Assembly (NCBI GenBank): GCA_029256015.1
Contig: JAQSYQ010000009.1
Coordinates: 17,902 to 81,901 of the forward strand
Direction of reading: 5' to 3'
Length of the DNA: 64,000 nucleotides
DNA from: Gammaproteobacteria bacterium
GTDB lineage: Bacteria > Pseudomonadota > Gammaproteobacteria > Francisellales > CACEW01
The position numbers and the translations under genes were made by a program. Under the pieces are notes generated by a model. The model saw nothing but the letters and a program-made list of their open reading frames with translations, made no database searches and had not been told where the DNA came from. Positions 40,014-48,529 of the stretch are shown in pieces; positions within the stretch are counted from its first letter, which is position 1; each line of letters starts with the position of its first letter.

Positions 40014-40277
40014 TTAGCACCAAAAGAATTTATGTTTCATAAGAAATGGGAGAAAATCTTGATATAAACTAATCCCAAAGCTCAAAACTAAAAACATTAG
40101 ACCAATTCTACTTAAGATTTTGTAAATTTTAATTTTTTTTGCTTTTTCATGGTCAATTTGCTCCATGATTATGTAGGAAGTCCCAGCATCATCAATATAC
40201 TTTGCAATACCAAAGATGCTCACTAAAATGGTTCCGATAAAGCCTGAGAGATCACTTAAAATTTGCAGTAAATTCAT
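40014..40277 (-). CDS. Small 2-TM hypothetical protein
   Basis: 87 aa, two hydrophobic helices; AAGGA RBS. Confidence 0.65.
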   Translation of the reverse strand: MNLLQILSDLSGFIGTILVSIFGIAKYIDDAGTSYIIMEQIDHEKAKKIKIYKILSRIGLMFLVLSFGISLYQDFLPFLMKHKFFWC

Positions 40278-40338
40278 AATGTTTTCCTTGGCAAATTATT
40301 TCATGCTTTTTTGTTCTGGCATTTCCTAAGCGCTCAGC

Positions 40339-40761
40339 TTATGACAAAAAACCAGATTTTAATAGACAGCTTAGCAATATTGTTAGCCCAGTTATTGTCC
40401 CGTAATAAAAAAGTAATGTGGTAGAGAACATTGTGCAACAGACACATTTAGATGTTTGATTAAATGTTTTTGGGTTAAGTTCATAGAATTTTCTGTCAAA
40501 CTCATCCGTTTGGACAAGCTCCTGATACCTTGCTCGATAACATCTTTCTTGTTCTAGGAAGTAAGCATCTAAATACCAAAATGCTAGCAATGGTAAAAAT
40601 ACAATTACGGTTGCTTTCCAAGTAGAGTCTCGCGTGATCGTAAGTATTAATACAATCAGTCCTACTGTCCAACTCTTAATCAAAAATGAATTGTTTGCCA
40701 TTCGATTAATGCAACCTTGAAGTAGATCAATCTGTTTGTGAAAACAATCTAAATTATTCAT
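40339..40761 (-). CDS. 3-TM protein, TIR-associated candidate effector
   Basis: Q..INRMANNSFLIKSW...FWYLDAYFL.QER.YR..Y; AGGTGA RBS, 11 bp after TIR stop. Confidence 0.8.
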   Translation of the reverse strand: MNNLDCFHKQIDLLQGCINRMANNSFLIKSWTVGLIVLILTITRDSTWKATVIVFLPLLAFWYLDAYFLEQERCYRARYQELVQTDEFDRKFYELNPKTFNQTSKCVCCTMFSTTLLFYYGTITGLTILLSCLLKSGFLS

Positions 40762-40772
40762 CGGTCACCTTG

Positions 40773-41348
40773 TTATTTAGTATTGGCAAGATGTTCATTC
40801 TTAATCCAATTTTGCAATTTATAAGAGCCCTTTGTATCAATGCTATTGACCCATAAATATTCTTGGTCGCCTATTGTGCTTTTAGCTTTATCAATATAGG
40901 GGTATAGGCTTAGATATTCAGCGCCTTTATAATCAGTGTCATCTAATATCAATGGCATTACAGCTATACGTATATTTTGATTTAAGCCGTCGAAATAGCC
41001 TAGCTCCCATGGCATCCACTTAGAGTTTTTGCTGTTAGGGGTAATTAGATAAATCAAAACCTGGCTATCTTTCATTCGATTTTTTAAAATGGATGCTGTA
41101 TGTTTGGTTACAGCTTTTCTATCTAGCTGTTTATCTTGTTCCCAATCTATATATACGCTAAGCCCAAACTCTTCTAACATCATTTTGACTAACAAGACAT
41201 CACTTTTATCTTGGAAGCTATGAGATAGGAATACATCATACTTTTTAGTGCTGTCTGTTCTTGTAATACTATCCGCTCTAGCGGCAAAATTTACTGTTAG
41301 CTGTTGTTTATATTTTTCCCTGACTTTATCAAGTCTTATTAAGCTCAT
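40773..41348 (-). CDS. TIR-domain protein
   Basis: YDVFLSHS..DK, VYIDW, SKWMPWELG (catalytic Glu present); start at ATG 41348 (ORF track 41378). Confidence 0.92.
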   Translation of the reverse strand: MSLIRLDKVREKYKQQLTVNFAARADSITRTDSTKKYDVFLSHSFQDKSDVLLVKMMLEEFGLSVYIDWEQDKQLDRKAVTKHTASILKNRMKDSQVLIYLITPNSKNSKWMPWELGYFDGLNQNIRIAVMPLILDDTDYKGAEYLSLYPYIDKAKSTIGDQEYLWVNSIDTKGSYKLQNWIKNEHLANTK

Positions 41349-41435
41349 TTTCGTCCCCGTTGATGCAACATAAAGCAAATGAGGTTTAGATAAGCTTTTT
41401 TCAATATCAGATGAAATAAAATATTCTGCGAAAAC

Positions 41436-41457
41436 GCTACCCCAATTGCTACCCCAA
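41436..41457. repeat. Tandem 10-bp direct repeat, integrase arm-site-like
   Basis: GCTACCCCAA-tt-GCTACCCCAA, 45 bp from the tRNA 3' end. Confidence 0.55.
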
Positions 41458-41501
41458 GAGGTAATTTAATTGATAGCTAAATTGTAATTCATTAAAATAT
41501 A

Positions 41502-41577
<76 letters not shown>

Positions 41578-41659
41578 CAAACTTGTTAAATAAAACTTTA
41601 CCATAACTCAGTTGCTAGAGTCCTGGTACTAAATCCGGCTTCGTGCCTCATTAAGTACC

Positions 41660-41832
41660 CCGGCCCTGCGCAATCCGTGCTTCGGGCGTTCGCCGGATCA
41701 AAGCGATGCTTTGATTTTTCCGCCTCCATTTTTCGCCTCGTTTATCCTACTCGGCTTAAATGCCGGCCCTGCGCAATCCATGCTTCGGGCGTTCGCCGGG
41801 CTGAAGCAGTGCTTCAGCTTATCCGGCTCACC
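41660..41832. repeat. Two copies of a ~70-bp structured element
   Basis: CCGGCCCTGCGCAATCCRTGCTTCGGGCGTTCGCCGG at 41660 and 41763, each followed by an 8-bp hairpin. Confidence 0.85.
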
Positions 41833-41890
41833 CAACTGAGCTCGCAGCATAAGGGTCATATTGTAAGGATTATGCTTGGAAATACAAGGC

Positions 41891-42907
41891 TTATTCTGGG
41901 GTTCTTGCTTGTGCCTGTCTTCTTCTCATGCAGCATCTTGCACCCAATAAGGCCAAAGCTCCGAATAAAAGGGCTGACGCAACATTGCCGGCTGTTGCGC
42001 TTGAGCTTGTGGGTTCTGGGCTAGCTAGCGCCGGGATTGGGGTTTGAGCGATCATAGCTTCTTGGAATGGAGAAGCTGACGGGCTGGCCTGAATGCTTGG
42101 TAATTTTTCTTCTGTCAGATAAGCATGAGTTAAAGGTTTGTGGCAGTCTATTTTTTGATGGCTGATAACATGAGAATCATCGGCAATAAAGGAAAAGTCA
42201 TGATGTGTTCCATAGACTATTACAGCATGAAACGCTTGTACTGGATCTTGGGATTTTGCCTTTTCCATTTCAAGCGCTCTTTTTAAACAATGTATCGAGT
42301 GCTGTTCAATTAATGAAGAATCCAGTTCAATGTTTCCATCAGCGAATATCATGCCTAACGCGTTAGCAACTTTATCAGAAGGAAGAGATTTATATACAAG
42401 AGGGAGCTGGCCTAGAAAAAACAATAAAGTGGGGGCCCCCAATTTTGCAAGCCAGAACTGCTGTTCTAAATTAAGGCTTTCAAGCCGTTTAGGGAATCCC
42501 TCTGGGAATTTAGCTTTAAATGCACGAGAATTATCGTGAAGTTGCACTGCTAATTGAGGATTTTTATTAATTGCATCCCAGTCTAAATCTTCATTGAGGC
42601 TTTCTGATATTACCACCATATTTGAGCTTGAAGCTTGCATTTCAAGCAGATTTTGGGCCACCATAAATTGCGAATGGATAATCCTTTCAGCAGCAGACCG
42701 GTCCTTGTCCCAGCCGGGGTGTATATGAAATTGACCTAAATGAGTAAATCGGAATTCTGGCAGGCTATCCGCATCATATGTGCATGAGCTGTGATGGAGA
42801 TCGGCGCTACTGATATCTAAGCCATGGAGTTTTGACCATTTTTTTCCATAGCCAGTTTTTTGCATATCACGTTTAATTCTGCTGTAATCTATGCCAGGTT
42901 TAGGCAT
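41891..42907 (-). CDS. Orphan protein with C-terminal tail anchor
   Basis: S/P/A linker, ALLFGALALLGA, CC and RRR at C-terminus; no N-terminal signal. Confidence 0.75.
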   Translation of the reverse strand: MPKPGIDYSRIKRDMQKTGYGKKWSKLHGLDISSADLHHSSCTYDADSLPEFRFTHLGQFHIHPGWDKDRSAAERIIHSQFMVAQNLLEMQASSSNMVVISESLNEDLDWDAINKNPQLAVQLHDNSRAFKAKFPEGFPKRLESLNLEQQFWLAKLGAPTLLFFLGQLPLVYKSLPSDKVANALGMIFADGNIELDSSLIEQHSIHCLKRALEMEKAKSQDPVQAFHAVIVYGTHHDFSFIADDSHVISHQKIDCHKPLTHAYLTEEKLPSIQASPSASPFQEAMIAQTPIPALASPEPTSSSATAGNVASALLFGALALLGARCCMRRRQAQARTPE

Positions 42908-43005
42908 TTCCTTTGCCTCATTAAAGGTTTTATGGGAAAATTCTATATTATTTTCCGTTGGAAATCCATAAATTTAATTAAATTTTGATTATTTTATAGG
43001 CGAAA

Positions 43006-44058
43006 ATGACCCGCAAAATCATTCACATCGATATGGATTGTTTCTACGCCGCAATTGAAATGCGGGACAATCCAAGCTTAAAAAATAAGCCGGTAGCTGT
43101 GGGGGCGAAAGCCTCTGAGCGAGGGGTGATTTGTTCGGCCAATTACGAGGCCCGAAAGTTTGGAGTGCGCTCGGCGATGCCGACTTCCAAGGCGCTACAG
43201 CACTGTCCGGGGCTTATTTTGGTTCCTGTGAATATGTATAAATACAAAGAAGCTTCTTCTGCTATTTTTGGAATATTCCAGAAATATACCGATTTGATTG
43301 AGCCATTATCATTGGATGAGGCTTATCTTGATGTCACTGATTGCAAGCAGCATTCAGGCAGCGCCACTTTAATCGCCGAGGCCATTAGGACAGAAATCGA
43401 AAAAGTCCATCAAGTGACAGCTTCTGCCGGGATCGCATCCAATAAGTTTTTAGCAAAAGTTGGCAGCGGTTGGAACAAGCCTAATGGGCAAACCGTTATC
43501 AAACCCAATCAAGTTGCCGAGTTTGTTGCAAAGTTAGCTGTGGAGCAGATTTGGGGAGTGGGCAAAAAGACGGCTGAAAAAATGGAAAAGTTAGGCCTGA
43601 AAACTTGTTTGGATTTACAAAAGCTGCCTTTAGAAAGCTTGGTTCAGCATTTTGGAAAGTTTGGCTATTCGCTGTACGGGCTATGCAGGGGGATTGATGA
43701 AAGAAAAGTTGAGCCGGATAGACAGGCCAAGTCTCGAAGTATTGAAAATACCTATTTGCAAGACTTGCCGGATTTAGCAAGCTGTCTTAAAGAACTCCCG
43801 AAACTATTTGAGCAGCTAAAACATCGCTTACAACGCTATGAAAACTATCCAATTGCCAAGCAGTTTGTGAAGCTGAAGTTTCACAACTTTAATCAGACTA
43901 CGGTTGAGTGTAAAAGCTTTAAGCCTTCCCTCGATCGCTATGAGCTTTTATGCCAAGAAGCCTATCAGCGCTATCAAATTCCAGTACGCTTAATTGGAAT
44001 TGGCGTGCAGTTTGCCGAGGAAGCGCCTCAAACTACTCAGCTGGAGTTATTTGAATAA
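43006..44058 (+). CDS. dinB: DNA polymerase IV
   Basis: IIHIDMDCFYA, NYEARKFGVRSAM, SLDEAYLD, KPNG. Confidence 0.97.
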   Translation: MTRKIIHIDMDCFYAAIEMRDNPSLKNKPVAVGAKASERGVICSANYEARKFGVRSAMPTSKALQHCPGLILVPVNMYKYKEASSAIFGIFQKYTDLIEPLSLDEAYLDVTDCKQHSGSATLIAEAIRTEIEKVHQVTASAGIASNKFLAKVGSGWNKPNGQTVIKPNQVAEFVAKLAVEQIWGVGKKTAEKMEKLGLKTCLDLQKLPLESLVQHFGKFGYSLYGLCRGIDERKVEPDRQAKSRSIENTYLQDLPDLASCLKELPKLFEQLKHRLQRYENYPIAKQFVKLKFHNFNQTTVECKSFKPSLDRYELLCQEAYQRYQIPVRLIGIGVQFAEEAPQTTQLELFE

Positions 44059-44077
44059 ATTGATTATATTTTAATCA

Positions 44078-44593
44078 ATGAAAATGCTTCTGCTTATTCT
44101 TAACCTCAGCTTGGTTGCCTGCTTGTGCTTTAAATTTGGCCTAAGCTGGCAGCTTTTGTTTGCCTTTATTTTTACTGAGGGCTTATTTATTTTGGCCATC
44201 ATTGACTTATATACAGGCTTGCTGCCCGATTTGTTTACTTTGCCTCTATTGTGGTTGGGCCTTTTTGCCAATCTATTCCATAGTTTCGTGAGTCTAAGCT
44301 CTGCCGTTATTGGGGCTATGATGGGCTATCTTTGCCTGTGGTTTGTTTATCAGTTATTTAAATATTGCCGAAAAAAGGAAGGCATGGGCTATGGCGATTT
44401 TAAATTACTGGCAGCGATTGGAGCATGGCTGGGTTGGCAGGTTTTGCCGATTGTTGTACTGATGGCCTCTTTAATCAGCCTATTCGCAGTTTTGCTGCAT
44501 TATTACTTCAAAAATTCTTGGCAAGCCTCGCTTCCGTTTGGGCCGGGTTTGGCCTTGAGTGCTTGGGCAGTCTTGATTAATCTGCTAAAATAA
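44078..44593 (+). CDS. pilD: Prepilin peptidase (A24 peptidase domain only)
   Basis: IDL...LLPD, EGMGYGDFKLLAAIGAWLG, LPFGP.L; N-terminal Cys domain absent. Confidence 0.85.
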   Translation: MKMLLLILNLSLVACLCFKFGLSWQLLFAFIFTEGLFILAIIDLYTGLLPDLFTLPLLWLGLFANLFHSFVSLSSAVIGAMMGYLCLWFVYQLFKYCRKKEGMGYGDFKLLAAIGAWLGWQVLPIVVLMASLISLFAVLLHYYFKNSWQASLPFGPGLALSAWAVLINLLK

Positions 44594-44605
44594 AGGCTAT
44601 AGGAG

Positions 44606-45010
44606 GTGATGAATATGAAATTTTCTGACAGCCTAATTCGCGCTTTTACGGTGTTGATACCCGCTTTTCCTATTGCCATTTTATATTCTCAAGTCCCGTT
44701 TGCCTGGTGGAAGGTGCTGGCTTATTTGATTTTGGCTTATGTAATTGCTGTGGTCTTTTCCTGCAAGCTTAGAATAAAAAGCCACAGGCTGCATGCCTTG
44801 GGAGTATTGATCAGCCTTATATTTATCGGCACAGTGATCACCCTTGTTCAAGATTTTTATATAATCTTCCCGCCCAATATCAATATTTGGGAGCTTGTCG
44901 GCTTAAGCCTTTTGTTTTTAGCGGCTGGCATGGTGGGTTTAGCGCTATTGTTTTGGATATATTGGAAGTTAGACAGCTGGGCCTGCAAGAGCTTAATTGC
45001 TAGAGCTTAG
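44606..45010 (+). CDS. 4-TM hypothetical protein
   Basis: Hydrophobic 134 aa; AGGAGG RBS. Confidence 0.7.
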   Translation: MMNMKFSDSLIRAFTVLIPAFPIAILYSQVPFAWWKVLAYLILAYVIAVVFSCKLRIKSHRLHALGVLISLIFIGTVITLVQDFYIIFPPNINIWELVGLSLLFLAAGMVGLALLFWIYWKLDSWACKSLIARA

Positions 45011-45152
45011 ATTCCGGGATTGCCTGGCATCGCTCAAGATGACAGCAACATAGTTGATGGCAATTATGAAAATATTAATAATTGTGCACTAATTGATCAA
45101 ACGGATTTCATCATGTTATCCTGTGATTATAATTTAATCACAGGATTTTTTT

Positions 45153-45605
45153 ATGAAGCCGATGCAAGGTTTTACCTTAGTTGAGCTAATGTTAGTAGTG
45201 GCCATTATCGCCATTCTTGCCGCAATTGCCATTCCTGCCTATCACCATTATTTAAATAAAAGCCGGGTGGTGGAAGCGGTTGTTTTGGTAGGGCCTGCGA
45301 AAATGGCAGTCACTGAATACGCCGGTTTACATCATGGTAATCTAGCGGATATTAGCAATGAGAGTTTAGATTTAAGTAACGAAGAGCTGGTTGGAAATTC
45401 ACATAATGTCCAAAGCATTGAAATTAAAGGGACAAGTGATACAACAGCTGCTATCAACGTTGAGCTTTCTGATAGTTTAGGCGAACTTATTTGGACGGGG
45501 GCTTTTAATCCTGCCACCGGCAATATAGCCTGGAACTGTAGTTATCCTAGAGATAGTCCAATTAAAAGCTATGCTCCAGCTGGTTGTTTGCCAGAAGGTC
45601 AGTAA
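45153..45605 (+). CDS. pilA: Type IVa pilin
   Basis: QG|FTLVELM..VAIIAILAAIAIPAY; C-terminal W.C...P..C. Confidence 0.92.
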   Translation: MKPMQGFTLVELMLVVAIIAILAAIAIPAYHHYLNKSRVVEAVVLVGPAKMAVTEYAGLHHGNLADISNESLDLSNEELVGNSHNVQSIEIKGTSDTTAAINVELSDSLGELIWTGAFNPATGNIAWNCSYPRDSPIKSYAPAGCLPEGQ

Positions 45606-46745
45606 ATGAACATCACTCATTTTATCAATGAGTTGATTGAGCGAGGGATAAAAGAAGGAGCTTCAGATCTGCATTTTGAGCACTATGCAGAGTATTATCG
45701 GGTTCGTTGTCGGATTGATGGTTTGTTGCATGAGCTTGCCTCCCCTCCCTTAAATGTGGCAGCTAATATCGTTTCCCGGCTTAAAATTATGGCGAATCTC
45801 AATATTGCCGAAAGGCGGCTGCCACAAGACGGTAGGTTTAGTTTCAAATATGATGAGCGTTTAATCGACTGTCGGCTTAGCACTTGCCCTTCGATATTTG
45901 GCGAAAAAATTGTGTTAAGGATTTTAGATGCCAGCCAAATGCAAAGAGATATGGATAAGCTTGGTTTTGAAGCCAATCAGCTAAAAACGGTGCAAAAATA
46001 TTTGAAGCAAGCTCAGGGCATGATTATTGTGACAGGCCCTACAGGCAGTGGTAAAACCGTGACTTTGTATGCCTTGCTAGCTGCAATTAACTCTCTGGAT
46101 AAAAACATTTGCACGGTGGAAGACCCAGTTGAAATTCATTTGCCGGGTTTGAACCAAGTCAATGTTCACCCCAAAGCAGGCTTGGAGTTTTCTCATATTT
46201 TAAGGGCATTCTTGCGTCAAGACCCTGACATTATTATGGTGGGAGAAATGCGTGACGTGGAGACGGCTGAAATTGCTATGAAGGCTTCTCAAACGGGGCA
46301 CTTGGTGCTCTCAACCCTGCATACCAATAGTGCGGCTCATAGCTTAATGAGATTAAACCAAATGGGCGTTGCTTCATACACATTGGCTCACTCTGTTTCG
46401 CTAATTATTGCCCAAAGGCTGGTGAGAAGATTGTGTGATCACTGCAAGATCAAGACAGAGCTTCCTCTCTCTATTTTAAAAGAACAAGGCTGTCAGTCTC
46501 CTTTTGTGTATTTAGCTAAAGGCTGCTCGCACTGTCATTTGGGCTACAAAGGCCGGCTGGCTCTATTTGAATTATTACCTATTGAAGCCAAAGTGGCGGA
46601 CTGCATTTTACACAATGGCAAGCTAAGCGATTTAGTAAGGCTACAAAAAAGCATGGGGTTTTGTTCTTTGAGAGAAATGGGCCTTGAAAAAGTGCGGATG
46701 GGGGAGACCACATTGGATGAGCTCAATCGAGTAACAAGCCCGTGA
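45606..46745 (+). CDS. pilB: Type IV pilus assembly ATPase (N-terminally short)
   Basis: ASDLHFE, ERRLPQDGR, GPTGSGKT, LRQDPDIIMVGEMRD, TGHLVLSTLH, C-x2-C Zn site. Confidence 0.92.
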   Translation: MNITHFINELIERGIKEGASDLHFEHYAEYYRVRCRIDGLLHELASPPLNVAANIVSRLKIMANLNIAERRLPQDGRFSFKYDERLIDCRLSTCPSIFGEKIVLRILDASQMQRDMDKLGFEANQLKTVQKYLKQAQGMIIVTGPTGSGKTVTLYALLAAINSLDKNICTVEDPVEIHLPGLNQVNVHPKAGLEFSHILRAFLRQDPDIIMVGEMRDVETAEIAMKASQTGHLVLSTLHTNSAAHSLMRLNQMGVASYTLAHSVSLIIAQRLVRRLCDHCKIKTELPLSILKEQGCQSPFVYLAKGCSHCHLGYKGRLALFELLPIEAKVADCILHNGKLSDLVRLQKSMGFCSLREMGLEKVRMGETTLDELNRVTSP

Positions 46746-47929
46746 AAAAGCATGGATTTAGTTGGTCAGGCCTTAATCCTTCTGGACAAAAAACCAAAGG
46801 CCTGGCTTATGAATTAAATGCCGACCTGCTTAAACTGGCTTTGGCTAAGCAGGGGCTGCAGCATATTAAGGTTAAGCGCCAATTTAGTTTCTTTAGTAAA
46901 AAAATCCGATCCAAAGATATTACCTATTTTGCTCGGCAGCTTTTGATTATGCAAAAAGCCGGCCTGCCTTTGTTAAAAGCTTTGCAAACCCTAAGTGTCA
47001 CTTCAGGTCCACTTGAAATGATTATTGCGGTGATAAAAAAAGATATTGAAAGAGGGAAAACACTTTCTGACAGCTTGCGTAAATTTCCTAAGCAGTTCGA
47101 TCGCTTATTTTGCAATTTAATTGAAGTGGGAGAAGCGGCCGGAATCTTGGATCAAGTCTTGCAAAACCTGGTGGAGTATCGGGAAAAATCTCAAGGGCTT
47201 AAAAGCGCTTTATTTAAGGCACTATCTTATCCAATTATTGTTTTGTTGGTGGCTTTAGGCATCAGCATAGGGCTCTTGCTGTTCATTGTGCCGCAGTTTC
47301 AAACTTTGTTTACCGAGTTTAACGCGCCATTGCCTTTATTGACTCAAACAGTGATTCACGTATCCAATGCCTTAAAGCAGAATGGGCTTTGGATTATGGC
47401 TGGCATTGTTGGGGCGGGAGCAGCTGGAATGCTTTTAAAAAAACAGTCTGAAACATTTAAGCAGATTTGGGACAAGGCTTTATTAAGCTTACCGGTTTTT
47501 GGTAAGTTAATTCAAAAAGCTTTGTTGATCAAAATCAGTAGGACCTTAAGCTTAATGCTCAATGCGGGCATGCCCCTGTCTCAAGCCTTGCGGCTTTTAA
47601 CAAAGCATTTTGAAAACAGGGCTTATAAATTTGCCATGACAAAATGTTTCCACTCGATTAAAAATGGCCAAGCCTTTCATCAGGCTTTAAGTCATTCGAA
47701 TTACTTTCCGATACTACTCATTCAAATGGTACAAGTAGGGGAAGAATCCGGCACTTTAGACAGCATGTTAAGTAAAGCCGCGGATATCTATCAGGAGGAG
47801 CTTGATTATGCTGTTAGCATTTTAAAAGAGCTACTTGAACCAGTGCTTATGACAGTGCTTGGGATTATTGTTGGCGGGCTTGTTATCGCCATGTACCTGC
47901 CGGTGTTTAATTTAGGAGGAATAATGTGA
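46742..47929 (+). CDS. pilC: Type IV pilus platform protein
   Basis: Two T2SSF repeats; GEESGTLD.ML, LEPV.M, AMYLPVF. Confidence 0.93.
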   Translation: MKKHGFSWSGLNPSGQKTKGLAYELNADLLKLALAKQGLQHIKVKRQFSFFSKKIRSKDITYFARQLLIMQKAGLPLLKALQTLSVTSGPLEMIIAVIKKDIERGKTLSDSLRKFPKQFDRLFCNLIEVGEAAGILDQVLQNLVEYREKSQGLKSALFKALSYPIIVLLVALGISIGLLLFIVPQFQTLFTEFNAPLPLLTQTVIHVSNALKQNGLWIMAGIVGAGAAGMLLKKQSETFKQIWDKALLSLPVFGKLIQKALLIKISRTLSLMLNAGMPLSQALRLLTKHFENRAYKFAMTKCFHSIKNGQAFHQALSHSNYFPILLIQMVQVGEESGTLDSMLSKAADIYQEELDYAVSILKELLEPVLMTVLGIIVGGLVIAMYLPVFNLGGIM

Positions 47930-47976
47930 AGGGTTCTAATAGGCTTGCAGCCTAACTGCCCTACTTTTTCTTATAG

Positions 47977-48526
47977 CAGGATTTCGTCCTGCAGCCGAGG
48001 TACTTTCTTAAAAGAAAGTACCCAAAGAAATCCAGCCCTCCTGCATGCTTGCATCCTCTAAAATTGTGCTAAAGCCTAAGAAGCGGCAAAGCAGATATCC
48101 GTATCTTGTTTGCCTTATGGCCGCATCCTTGCGGCCACCCTACGGGTCTAAGGCTTATCGCTTTATTTTATCGGCGCATGCTAGGGGCGATAAAAGCCTC
48201 CGACCTGCAAGACCTTGGCCGAAGGTGCTCTTTGCGCCCATGGTCACAGGCGCTTGAAAAGACGATGCTCAGGCTTTAGGTCCGAAGGATAAGCGCAAGG
48301 ATGCGCTTATCAGGCACACTGAAATGGATTTCCATTGTGCCGGTACTTAAGCTTGAGCGAAGCCTTTTCAAGGAGAAGCCTGTGCAGGGCAGGCATTTTT
48401 GCCTACTTTAGCTTCAGGCATCCTGCCTTACGCCCTTCGGGGAGTGCTAAAGCACGCCCAAATCTACTCCTGATAGATTTGTGTTGCAGTACAAAAGTAG
48501 GGAGTAGGTTGCAGGACGAAATCCTG
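47977..48526. mobile_element. ~550-bp non-coding MITE-like element with 20-bp terminal inverted repeats
   Basis: CAGGATTTCGTCCTGCAGCC ... GGTTGCAGGACGAAATCCTG (19/20); many internal hairpins. Confidence 0.75.
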
Positions 48527-48529
48527 ATA

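Noticed and set aside
36374-41500. Intact prophage or ICE
   Set aside because: No integrase, structural or conjugation genes, and no duplicated tRNA 3' end seen
41677-42024. 115-aa + strand ORF
   Set aside because: Runs through the repeat element and antisense to the 41891 gene; likely spurious
42910-43005. LexA box upstream of dinB
   Set aside because: No CTGT-N8-ACAG found
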